In this document: positions 44,819 to 54,832 of the stretch, one piece after another
How the letters are laid out: each line of letters starts with the position of its first letter
Numbering within the stretch: position 1 is the stretch's first letter
NCBI GenBank assembly: GCA_026936335.1
Contig: JAPMXV010000004.1
Location: 186,001-250,000, forward strand
Direction: 5' to 3'
Origin: Mantamonas sphyraenae STR306
Taxonomy: Eukaryota > Protista > CRuMs
Length of the DNA: 64,000 nt
Position numbers and translations under genes: made by a program
Notes under the pieces: model-generated
Databases searched by the model: none
Told to the model about the DNA's origin: nothing
The model's input: only the letters and a program-made list of their open reading frames with translations

Positions 44819-47134
44819 TCAAACGACCGTGAATTGCACCAGGCCACTGTAGCTGCTGCCTCCCGTGCCAAACTTGCCGTACAGCGTGCAGTCCGACGCA
44901 CCGCTTTGGATGGAAATCTCCTGGTCGTAGTCTCCGCCCTCGTTGACGTCAAAGTGGTTCCAATTCGAGTCCACGACGAGTGCAAGTGCCTTGGCGTCCT
45001 CCACATGGAAGCGAAAGCGTGTGGTGCTGCCTGCGGCAACGCCGCCCTCGCCAGGCTCCTCCAACGAACCCCCATGCTTCTCGAACGAGCTGTACACATG
45101 AGGAAAGATCACCTTGCGGCCCAGGCCACTGCTCACCGAACACACGTAGTCCAGGACCCCGTCGTAGGAGCCTGAGCGCTCAGGCGGCTTCGCGTACAGC
45201 CGCAGGACGTAGTCGCCTGCAGAAGGAAACATGACGTCGACATGGACCACGTCGCCCACAGAACGCACAAAAGTGGTGTTGTCCACACGACTGCCCCCTT
45301 TCTTGGACGTTTCCAATCGCGCCAGCATTTCCACAGCTGTGTCCTGCGCCAGCTGCAGCTCAAGCTTCTGCTCAATGCCTGCAATCTGGCCATGCGGGTG
45401 CGACTTCAGGTGCAACCCCATGCCCCAGAAGTATCCAGACGGGTTTGCCAGCTGATCAAACTCTTCCTTGCTTGGTGGCGACTCCATCAGCAGCCATTCT
45501 TCCTTGCCCGGCTCCGGGTAGTGTGAGAACACAAACTCATCTGGCGCTGACATGAAGTAGAACTCTTTCCAGCCGCGTGTGTACTCCATGCCGTTCACAG
45601 AACCTGCAGCCCATGTGCAGTCGCTGATGGACCAATCGCCGTCGATTTTCACCGCTGTCCATGCGTGGTTGACACTCGTCGTGTCACCGATGCTGTAGCC
45701 AGCTCCTTTGGAAAAACCATGCACCTTGCATGCCTCCATGCCTGCCTGACGGCACATTTCCACCAGAAGCGATGCGTACCCTTCGCAAACCGAAGTCCTG
45801 CTTCGGAACACTCCCTCGGCGTCTGTCGCCCCGTAATTGCCCGAGTACAGTCCCTTGACGTTGTAGCTGATGTTGTGTGCGCACCAACGAAAGATGGAGC
45901 GGAACCTCAGCAGCTCCTCCTCGTACGGCGCCACCAGGTGTTCAACGAGGCTCGACAGCGATTTCTCCTTGCTCTTTGGTGTTTTGATGGCCCTCTTGTC
46001 CACGTCCACGAACACCGCTCTGTCTACGATGCCCTTCATCCCCTTCCCGCTGCTGCTGCTGCTGCTGCTACTGCCACTGCCGCTGCTGCTGGCGGTGACG
46101 GTCACTTCTTCGTCGTCCTCCTTCGAATCGCCTCCCGACGACATGATCTGATGCTCCAAACGTTTCCGTTCCACCCTTACACGTGCCATGTGCGCACGCG
46201 CAAGGCGCTGGATGCGTGTCACGGCAATGACGGCGAAAACTGCTTGCATCAGGTCCTCGCTCGCAAACAGTTCGCCAAGATGCTCGTCCACAGCCTGGAC
46301 GAGATGCTCGCGTGCTGTGGAGATCGGTTCAATGTCGTGCGATGCCAGCATCGTCAGCAGCTCGTCATCCGTCATCTTGGTCACATCCATGCGACCCATC
46401 ACAGAATGCAGGTGTTTTTCGTACTCATGAGCGTCAAACGTTGTTCGGGTCACGTTTTCCACGCCTGTGAAAAGCCCATGCATGGGCTTGCATGTGAAGA
46501 AGCGTGTGCCATCCACACTGCCATCGCAATCGCCCAGGGGCTGATCCAAAACCAGTCCCACCACAGGCTCCAGTCCACTGGAGAACGCGTGGTTCAACTC
46601 GCCGATGAACGCAACCACACCCGTTTTGCCATCCTTGGTAGCCACATGGACGCCCACACCCAAGTCTGCGTGCTCTCGATACGCCTGGAGGCCGTCCACA
46701 GCGTTTTGCAACTGCTGCACCACGTTGTCAAAGTCTGCCACCACCTCTGCCTCCACCTGTGCCCTCATTTCCTGCTGCGACTGTGCATTCGACTGTGTCT
46801 GTGACGTCCGCTGCTCCAGGTCTGCCACCTGCGCCTTGAACTCGGCCACCTCGCGTTTGCGGATTTCCTGTAGCCGCTTGTTTCTCGCCTCCAGATCCAC
46901 CACCGTCTCCTCCAGCTCCTTGTGCACCTGTTTCTCATGTTTCAATTCCTCCGCCTCCTCCATCTCCTTCGCCTGCACGGTTGCCAGCTGCTGCTTCAAC
47001 GCTGCAATCTCCTCCCGTTGCTGTACAACGGTGGCCTCGAGCTCCCGCTCCCTGGAGCTCTTTGTTTGTGCATTGCCTCCGCTGGCTGTCACCACGTTGC
47101 TCTCTTTGCTCGTCTGACTGGCTCCGCAACCCAT
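44819..47134 (-). CDS. N-acylated coiled-coil / CAP-Gly / IQ / transglutaminase-like protease of the kyphoscoliosis peptidase-Cyk3-hillarin type
   Basis: MGCGAS N-terminus, CAP-Gly VGLVLDQPLGDCDGSVDGTRFFTC, IQ motif RIQRLARAHMAR, triad VCEGYA / NHAW / DCTWAAG, KY-like Ig segments (FPSAGDYVLRLYAK). Confidence 0.85.
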   Translation of the reverse strand: MGCGASQTSKESNVVTASGGNAQTKSSRERELEATVVQQREEIAALKQQLATVQAKEMEEAEELKHEKQVHKELEETVVDLEARNKRLQEIRKREVAEFKAQVADLEQRTSQTQSNAQSQQEMRAQVEAEVVADFDNVVQQLQNAVDGLQAYREHADLGVGVHVATKDGKTGVVAFIGELNHAFSSGLEPVVGLVLDQPLGDCDGSVDGTRFFTCKPMHGLFTGVENVTRTTFDAHEYEKHLHSVMGRMDVTKMTDDELLTMLASHDIEPISTAREHLVQAVDEHLGELFASEDLMQAVFAVIAVTRIQRLARAHMARVRVERKRLEHQIMSSGGDSKEDDEEVTVTASSSGSGSSSSSSSSGKGMKGIVDRAVFVDVDKRAIKTPKSKEKSLSSLVEHLVAPYEEELLRFRSIFRWCAHNISYNVKGLYSGNYGATDAEGVFRSRTSVCEGYASLLVEMCRQAGMEACKVHGFSKGAGYSIGDTTSVNHAWTAVKIDGDWSISDCTWAAGSVNGMEYTRGWKEFYFMSAPDEFVFSHYPEPGKEEWLLMESPPSKEEFDQLANPSGYFWGMGLHLKSHPHGQIAGIEQKLELQLAQDTAVEMLARLETSKKGGSRVDNTTFVRSVGDVVHVDVMFPSAGDYVLRLYAKPPERSGSYDGVLDYVCSVSSGLGRKVIFPHVYSSFEKHGGSLEEPGEGGVAAGSTTRFRFHVEDAKALALVVDSNWNHFDVNEGGDYDQEISIQSGASDCTLYGKFGTGGSSYSGLVQFTVV

Positions 47135-47215
47135 TGCCTGCCTTGTTGCTGCTGAGGGAGATTGGTTTGGCGTGCGCTTGCGCTCGCTCGCCCACCGACG
47201 CACGCGCACTCTGCC

Positions 47216-49045
47216 ATGTCCACACGAAGACGGCGTCCTTCGCCGCTCATCTCCTCCAACGCCTCTGTGGCAAGTGCCCACGTGGGACTGGCTCCTCTGG
47301 ATGCGGTGCGTCGTCCTTCCAAGGCTGACACCATGCCGTCAGCAGACGAGCTGCAGCCCAAAACCACCTCTTCCTGGTGCTCCTTCACCTTTGCCTGCTC
47401 CGCCCTCCTCTTTCTCTTGTTCATAATTGTCTCTCTCAGCGTCATTGCCACCGTGCTGGCCTCCAACAATCGTCTGGGCCACTACCTCAAAGACGAGAGC
47501 ATTCAACGCCTCTCCATGTTCACCGCCTACGCCAAACTCAACCTGACCCATCTTGCGCATGAGGCGCGCGAGACCCCCGGCGATGCCCTTCGTGCCCAGG
47601 GCATCGTCTTTGATCCAGACACAAGCGCGCCCGTACTGCTCATCCCAGGTGTCATCTCCACAGGCCTCGAGGTCTGGCAGGGCCATCCGTGCATGGACGG
47701 ACTCTTCCGTGAGCGCATCTGGGGCTCCATGACCATGGTCAACCAGCTGCTCACCAACCTGCCCTGCTGGCTGAAGCACATGGCGCTCAACACGTCGACG
47801 GGTCTCGATCCCGAGGGCATCCGTCTGCGCGCAGCCAAGGGGCTCACGGCCGCTGACTACTTCCTGCCGGGCCTTTGGGTGTGGGCCCGTGTCATCGAAT
47901 CGTTTGCAGACATTGGGTACGACAGCAACAACATGGACATGCTCAGCTACGACTGGCGCCTGTCGCCACACAACCTCGAGCTCCGCGACGGCTACATGAC
48001 GCAACTGCGCCACCGCATTGAGTTGATGAAGCGCAACAATGGGGGCAAACGCGTCAACCTCATCAGTCACAGCATGGGTGGCAACGTCCTCTTCTACTTT
48101 CTCAAGTGGGTGGAACATCAGGGCCGCGGCAACATGGGTTGGGTCAACGACAACATCGCGTCGTGGAGCAGCATTGGTACACCCTTTCTGGGCGTACCCA
48201 AGGCCTATGCATCCCTGCTCTCGGGCGAGATGCGCGACACCGCGCAGCTCCACCAAATGGAGTCCATCATGGTCAACACCATGTTTGGTGCTGTGGAACG
48301 CCGCCGACTCATGCGTTCGTGGGACTCCATTGCCTCCATGCTTCCCAAGGGAGGCAATCGCATCTGGGGCACCCCCGGACAGCCCGCACCAGACCAGTAC
48401 GGTTTCAACGTGTCCATCAGCGCCCTGCTCCATTTTCACGACGACTCCCTGCCCGACATGGGCACCTCGGAGGCCATGGACTACCTGTACGAGGTAGGCG
48501 ACGACGGATTGCGCCGTGCCATGGACGCGTTCAGCTACGACTACGCGGAGCCGCCTCGTTTCCAGACCAAGGCCGATCCGGTCAAGTGGACCAATGTGCT
48601 GGAGTCCACCCTGCCTCGTGCGCCTGACATGAAGATTTTCTGTCTCTACGGCATTGGCAAGAGCGCGGAGCGCAGCTACTACTACCATCTCAACGGGTCC
48701 GAATCCGTGATCGACACACGGCACACAAACACGGACCTCGAACTCATCCAAGGTGTCCAATCGCACCTGGGCGACGGCACGGTGCCGTTGATCTCCCTTG
48801 CGCACATGTGTCTGGACAAGTGGAAGAAGAAAACGTGGAACCCGTACGACGTGCCCGTGGTCGCCCGCGAGTACCCTCACCAGCCCAGCCCGGTCATCAC
48901 CGATGTCCGCGGTGGCAAGCATACTGCCGACCACGTGGACATCCTCGGCAACAGCGATCTTCTTGTCGATCTCATCCGCATTGCCGTCACTCCAGATAGC
49001 GTCACTCAGCGCGTCCTCTCGCAGGCGGCAGGCAGTGAGCAGTAG
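47216..49045 (+). CDS. PDAT: Phospholipid:diacylglycerol acyltransferase (LCAT family, Lro1-like)
   Basis: N-terminal TM, PVLLIPGVISTGLEVW, FRERIWG, GLTAADYF, YDWRLS, SHSMG nucleophile, LSGEMRDT, GDGTVP, DHVDILG. Confidence 0.93.
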   Translation: MSTRRRRPSPLISSNASVASAHVGLAPLDAVRRPSKADTMPSADELQPKTTSSWCSFTFACSALLFLLFIIVSLSVIATVLASNNRLGHYLKDESIQRLSMFTAYAKLNLTHLAHEARETPGDALRAQGIVFDPDTSAPVLLIPGVISTGLEVWQGHPCMDGLFRERIWGSMTMVNQLLTNLPCWLKHMALNTSTGLDPEGIRLRAAKGLTAADYFLPGLWVWARVIESFADIGYDSNNMDMLSYDWRLSPHNLELRDGYMTQLRHRIELMKRNNGGKRVNLISHSMGGNVLFYFLKWVEHQGRGNMGWVNDNIASWSSIGTPFLGVPKAYASLLSGEMRDTAQLHQMESIMVNTMFGAVERRRLMRSWDSIASMLPKGGNRIWGTPGQPAPDQYGFNVSISALLHFHDDSLPDMGTSEAMDYLYEVGDDGLRRAMDAFSYDYAEPPRFQTKADPVKWTNVLESTLPRAPDMKIFCLYGIGKSAERSYYYHLNGSESVIDTRHTNTDLELIQGVQSHLGDGTVPLISLAHMCLDKWKKKTWNPYDVPVVAREYPHQPSPVITDVRGGKHTADHVDILGNSDLLVDLIRIAVTPDSVTQRVLSQAAGSEQ

Positions 49046-49101
49046 TGGGCGGCGTGAGCAAATGCAGCATGTGTTGCCTGTGTTCCATTCCATTGCACAC
49101 A

Positions 49102-50957
49102 CTACTCTCGCACACTGTTTCCCCGCGCCAGCCGGTCTTTCATCTGTGCGTTCTTTTCCTCCCGTTCCGCCTTTTTCTCTGCAGCACGCTCGCGTGCCTT
49201 GGCTCGCTTCTTCTGGTCCTCCATGAGACGGCGCTCCGATTCCGTCTGATCGGCAATGGTCTTCTTCTCCAGTGCACGGCGCTTGTTCAGCAGTTCGAGC
49301 GCGTGCTGGTCGGCAAAGTAGTTGATGACCTCCTTCCACTGCTCCACCGTCTCCTCGTCGTCCACGTGCAGCGTGTACATGCGATCACTCACCGTCTGCG
49401 TGATGTTGAACGAGTTGGGGAAGAACGGGATGTACACCGTGCGGAAGTCGCTGCCTGCGTTGAGCGGGAAGCTTCCACACTGCTTCTCGCGAGTATCGTC
49501 CTCGTAGTACTTGACCTGGTCTCGTGTGACCACAAAGTAACGCTCCTTCCAGGTGCGGAACCCTCCCGGTGCGCGCTTTGTGCACTGGCAAACAAATTCG
49601 CCCTCCTCGTTGATGGTGGTGGGCGGGATGATCTCCTCGCCCTTGTTGCGCGAGGCCAACAGCCGGTTGATGCGATTGTTGACCACATCAGAGGAGGCCA
49701 GCTCGATTTCAGGGTCCACCAAGAGCGCGTTCATCTGCTCGCTGCTCGTCAGGCGGTCGAAATCCAGCAGCATGTTGGAGTCTTCGCGCTTGGCATCCAG
49801 GTGCACGCCTGCATCATCCCAGCCAACCTTGAAGTTGGCCTTGCTGTCGTTGATGGCCTCGCCTGTGGCTTGGTTGGGCATGGTCAGGTCCTGAAGACCT
49901 GGACCTGCGTCGGCGCTCATCTGCATGACATTGAGCCACTCGGTGACCTGGGAATTGGACATGCCACGCAGCATGTAGCGGCGGCCACTGGGATGGTCCA
50001 AATAAAAGGCATAGTCAAAGCCTAGCTGGTCTTCAGAGTCCTCCACAATGCCACACACGCAGCCAAGCAGAGACAGGGACCCCGCAGGCACAATGTCTGT
50101 GATGAGGCGATAGTAAGCGAGCTGATCGTTGTCGATGACCATGTAGCGCTTCTTCCAGGAGGACACGACGCCGCCCTGTTTGTAGATCCACCCCTGCTTG
50201 TGGGGGCGGTCGACAGCCATTTCGTTCTGGAAGCGACTGCGTCCGTTGTTCTTGCGCGATGCTGCTCGTTTCTCCTCCTGCTTCTTGATGATGGCATACG
50301 AGGGGATTTCCTCCTTGAGGGCCATGTCGTCCTCGTCCTCGCTGTTGAGCAGCAGGGTCTCGTCAAAGGCTTCGTCAAAGTTCATGTACGCATCCAGCAG
50401 CTTCTTGCGCTTCTGGGTTTCGTATTGGACGGTGGAGTACAGCTTGCCCCATTGCAGCTCCTTGAGCGGAAGGTCTTCTTCTCTGTACGCTCGTGCGGCG
50501 ACAATCTGGATGCTTGCATGCTCTGTGGAGCAGCAGAGATGCATGGAGAGGCAAGTGCAACGTGTTTGTGTGCGTGTCAGCGGTCTGTGCAACCAGAGTA
50601 GTGTTGCATGTGGCCTGCGGAAGACAAAGACAATTGCGGGATTCCTTCCGGCTCACCGTTGTTAAAAAGCAAGCCCAGAAGGTGGACCAGCTGCAGCTGT
50701 TCGTCCGAGTCTGTGGTGTTGATGGCGTCGTAAAACAGGGTGCCGACGACTCCTGCCTCGACAAGATCCAGGGGATTGACCTTGAAGATGTCCTTGGGCT
50801 TGTCTTCTGGAGGCGGTTTGAAAAACGTGCGCAGCTCGTTGTCGGCACGGTCGAGAACCCACTCGCAGACATCGTAAAGCTCGTCGCCAACCAGCTCGGC
50901 GACGTTGACTTGCTTCTCGAGGTCCTCCTTCTTCTTTCGTGAAAAGATGCTGGACAT
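49102..50957 (-). CDS. Tandem PH-domain protein; exons 50957-50657 and 50522-49102
   Basis: PH1 KQGWIYKQGGVVSSWKKRY...EWLNVM, PH2 KRAPGGFRTWKERYFVV...EQWKEVI, C-terminal coiled coil. Intron 50523-50656. Confidence 0.85.
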
Positions 50958-51018
50958 GGGGTCGAGTCGGTGTGTGTTGGTGCCCAGTGCGCCCCATTGG
51001 AAGAACGACACAAATAGC

Positions 51019-53650
51019 ATGGACATTGACGAATCAGCAACATCATCGTCGTCGTCGTCATCCGCGTCGAGCACCGCATCACTGGATGAGAGCACGCAGA
51101 GCAAAGTGAGGTTGTTGGAGCTGGAGATCAAGCAGGGCAGCTACGAAGCGTGGGTGGAGCTGATTGGCCTGTACCGGGAAAAGGGATTGGTGTTGGAGTG
51201 CAACGAGACGCGAGAGCGCATGGACAAGGTGTATCCGCTGAACGAACAGCTGTGGGAGGAGTACATCGACGACGTGGAGCAAGCGGGCGGAGACAAGGAA
51301 GCCGAGGCGCTGTACGAACGCGCGCTGGCGGAATACCAAAGCGTACCGTTGTGGGTGCGGTTCATGGACTATGTGCAGAACAGGAGCGACGGAATGGAGG
51401 GCAGCGAAGCTGTTGCACGCATGCGTGCGACGTACGGGACGGCGCTGCGGAAAGTGGGCGCGCATTTCACAAAGGGCGCCGAGGTGTGGCGTGAAGCGGT
51501 GGAGTACGAAAACGAAGTGCTGGAGGAGATGGAAAGTGACGAGGCGGAGGAAGGGCTGGTGGCAGAACAGCGGCAGCGTGTGCAGACGCTGTATTCCGGA
51601 TGGCTGTCTGCTGTGTTGGACGTACCAGCAAGCGAGGTGCAGGAGGCATACAGCGAGTGGGCTGAATCGGTGGATGTGTCGCTGGACATGGCGGAAGTGG
51701 AACAGGTGGTGGCACAGAGGACAAAGGAGGTGGAGGAGGTGAGCGGGTTTGAGGAACAGCTCGCAACTGGCGGGGATCCTGCGACATGGATGGCCTACCT
51801 GCAGTACTACACGTGTTCGGACGACGACGTGTTCCCCACACGCACGGTGGACACGTGCGTATGTCTGTTTGAGCGCTGCCTGTCGACACACTGTCTGCAA
51901 ACCGATTTGTGGCGAATGTACGTGGACTACCTGTTGGACGTGGAAGACGCGGACAAGGGGGAAGTGGCAAATGTGTGTCGTCGTGCAGTACGCAACTGTC
52001 CGTGGGACACGGGTCTGTGGGCAGAGTACGTACGACAGACGGCTGAGGCAGACGTTGGCACAAGCACATTGAGTAGCACGGTACGAGAACTGCTGCAGCG
52101 CGGCGTTGCGCCGGCGCAAGTGTACGGCACGGCAGGTGCAGAGTGTTTGCGTGTGTTGCGACGTGAAACGGACTTTGCTTCGCAGGCTGGCAGCGAAGCG
52201 TTTGTGGCAGCGGGCGAAGAGTGGATGGCGTGGTGTGACGAGGGTAAGTGTGTGCGGTTTGGAAACGGAGCGTGGGAGCCGAAAGAGATGCAGGGTGGTA
52301 AGCTTACACACTCTGTGTTGACGTGCAGTTGTGGGTGAAGAGTCTGGAGCGAGCAAGGAAGTGGGACGGTACTTGGCATCAGTGCATGCGGAGTGGCGAG
52401 GAGACCTGGTGAGCGCGAACAAGCTGTGGGAGACGTGCATCAAGGGAGTGGAGCAGCAGTATGCGATGTGGCGGGAGTGGATTGCGCTGAACAGGATGGA
52501 TGGAAGCAAGAACCGAGCAAAGGTGCGCAGCCTCTTCCAGCGAGCATGCAAGCACGTGCGGGACTACGGCACACAAATCCAGAGCGAGTGGTTGGCATGG
52601 GAGGCAGATTTTGGCAGCGCAAGCGAGCTGGCAGACGCTCGTGGGCGAGTGCGAAAGGCACAGCGGAAGATGAAGCAGCCGCAGGTCCGGTCACTGGCCA
52701 AAGCGACAGCAGCGCGCGCCAAGGGAAAGGTCACGGGTAAACGCAAGCGAGGAAGAGACGCAATGGAAGAAGATGAGGCGGAAGAAGAGGCGCTGGGAGG
52801 CGATGGAGATGCAAAGGAGAAGCAAGCAGAAAAGAGGGCAAAGAAAGGAGGTGAAGTGGACGTGAAGAGCCTGCCGGAAGGGAGGACACTGTTTTTGCGC
52901 AACTTTCCGATGGCGTTTGGCAAGGATGAGGTGTTTGCACGGCTGCAGGAACTGGAGGTGGGGCGAATTGTGGAACTTCACGTTCCGAATGACCGACAAA
53001 ACAAGTATGCGTCGCGTGGATTTGCCTACGTGGTGTTTGGGTCTGAAGAGGAGATGCAGGAGGCTCTGGAGCGTGTGAATGGCAAGGAGGCAGGTGGGCG
53101 TCCGATGAACGCACAGAAGCACAAGCCACGGGACAAGAGCGATCTGAGCAAGGTGGATGCGAACAAGACGCTGTTTGTGGTGAATCTGGCCTATTCGACG
53201 ACGGAAAAAGATCTGGAAGAGTTCTTTGGGCCATTCAACCCAAAGGAGGCGCGGCTTGTGCGGAAAAGAAGCGGACGCAGCCGCGGGCTTGCGTACGTGG
53301 AATTTACAAAGGTGGAGAATGCACAGGCGGCCATGGAGGCGCTGGACGGAAAGGAGCTGGCCAAACGGAAGCTGAACGTCAAGTTTAGCAATCCGGATGC
53401 AGAGGGGGCAGGCAAGCGACGCGGGTGCTTCAACTGCCGAATGTTGGATCACCACGCCGACCAGTGCCCTCATCCAAACATGCGTCTGCAAAAGAACACC
53501 AGCAAGCCTGCAACTCGTTTGATGCCACGCAGTGTGGCTGTCGCCACGTCATCGTCGTCATCATCGTCATCATCATCGTCATCGTCGACTGCGAGTGGCG
53601 GAAAGGGCCAGGACTACTTCCGCCAGCTGATGCAAGGCAAGCAACCATGA
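51019..53650 (+). CDS. SART3: SART3/Prp24 U4/U6 snRNP recycling factor (HAT repeats, two RRMs, CCHC knuckle, Lsm-interaction tail); exons 51019-52243 and 52329-53650
   Basis: LYERALAEYQSVPLW, RAVRNCPW...LW, RNP1 motifs RGFAYVVF and RGLAYVEF, CFNCRMLDHHADQC, C-terminal GQDYFRQLM. Intron 52244-52328 starts GTAAGT. Confidence 0.92.
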
Positions 53651-54791
53651 GCTCCGTCAACACGATGTTGGAGACTCTGTTGAAGGAGACAGAGTTGCTG
53701 CATGAGCAGCTGGAGAACAACAGGAAGAATACAGCGTATTTGGTCGGCAGGGCGGTTGCGTTGAAGGTGAGCCCGATGGATTGGGTGAGCACGATGCATT
53801 TGTGTGCAGGATGAACTAGGCAACTGACTCGCCATGTGTGTGTGTGTGTGTGTGCAGGAGAAAGTAAACACGCACCGAAGCGAGACGAAGGAAGCGATCA
53901 ACGAGGCGCATAGTGTGCCGAGCACCGATGTGGAGAGCAGCAGCGTGAGTGCGGACAAGGGCAACACAGACGACGATAAAGCGGTTGGGGAAAGCAGTGG
54001 AGGGAGTGGAGGAAGTGGTGGACGGGGAGAAGAGATGAACGCGGCATTGCTGAAGCAGCTGAAGGAGAAGGACGAGTGGATTGAGCGGCTGGAAGCGGAG
54101 AACGCAGAGCTGGTGGACGGCCTGCAGGAGCACCAGATGACACTGGAATTGATTATGCAGAAACACAGGGGACAGCAAGAGGTAAGGAGCATGCGACGAA
54201 GAGCGGGCAGCATCAGGAGCAGGCGCGCGTGTGTGGTCCACAAGCGGAACCACGGCGTTTTGGGAGGGTCGCCACACCGCGCTGACTCTCACGTGACACA
54301 CACACACACACAGGCGCTGAAGAAGGCAACGCAGACACGAGACCAATCGCGAGAAGTGGGCGAATTGACACAGCAGCTTCAGATTGAGCAGGACATCAAC
54401 CAGCAACTCCGTGAGGAGAACAAAGGACTGAACGAACGAGTGGAGCAGATGCTGGACGTGATGCGCCGCGCAGCAGAGGCTGAGGAGAGGCAAGGCAACG
54501 AAAAAGATGTAAGTGAGAAGACAAAAGGAACGAAGGCGAGAGTGGGAGAGGTGTGGATGGCCAATGGGGTGAGCTGACACACAACATCATGGACAGGAAC
54601 TGTTGGCGAGTCTGATCGCGGAGAACGAAGGGCTGCGATCCATGCTGCAGCTGCACAGCGAGACAGAGCTTGCAGTGACAAGCAACAGTGGAAAGGCAGA
54701 GGAAGGAGACCAAGAGACACAGGAAAAGGGGACCAAGGAAGTGGGCCAACAGGAAGAGAGCGGAGGAGGGGAAGCAGACACGGCAGAATAG
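53647..54791 (+). CDS. SIKE/FGFR1OP2-like coiled-coil protein (STRIPAK subunit family); exons 53647-53766, 53858-54181, 54314-54508, 54597-54791
   Basis: IERLEAENAELVDGLQEHQMTLELIMQKHR, QMLDVMRRAAE and LIAENEGLRSML match the three conserved blocks of FGFR1OP2/SIKE. Three phase-0 introns. Confidence 0.8.
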
Positions 54792-54832
54792 ATTGTAGAC
54801 TGGATGCACATTCATTGCAAAACCAATTTCGC

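Noticed and set aside
47339-49339. Long antisense or alternative-frame ORFs (666 aa here; also 25271-26905, 40750-42576, 56538-58097 and others)
   Set aside because: They shadow well-supported genes, have no recognisable domains, and are expected from high GC and codon bias.
50905-53650. Split ORFs read as frameshifted pseudogenes (SART3; likewise SRP19, myotubularin, EamA, DnaJ)
   Set aside because: Each break is explained by a GT-AG intron of correct phase that restores conserved motifs.
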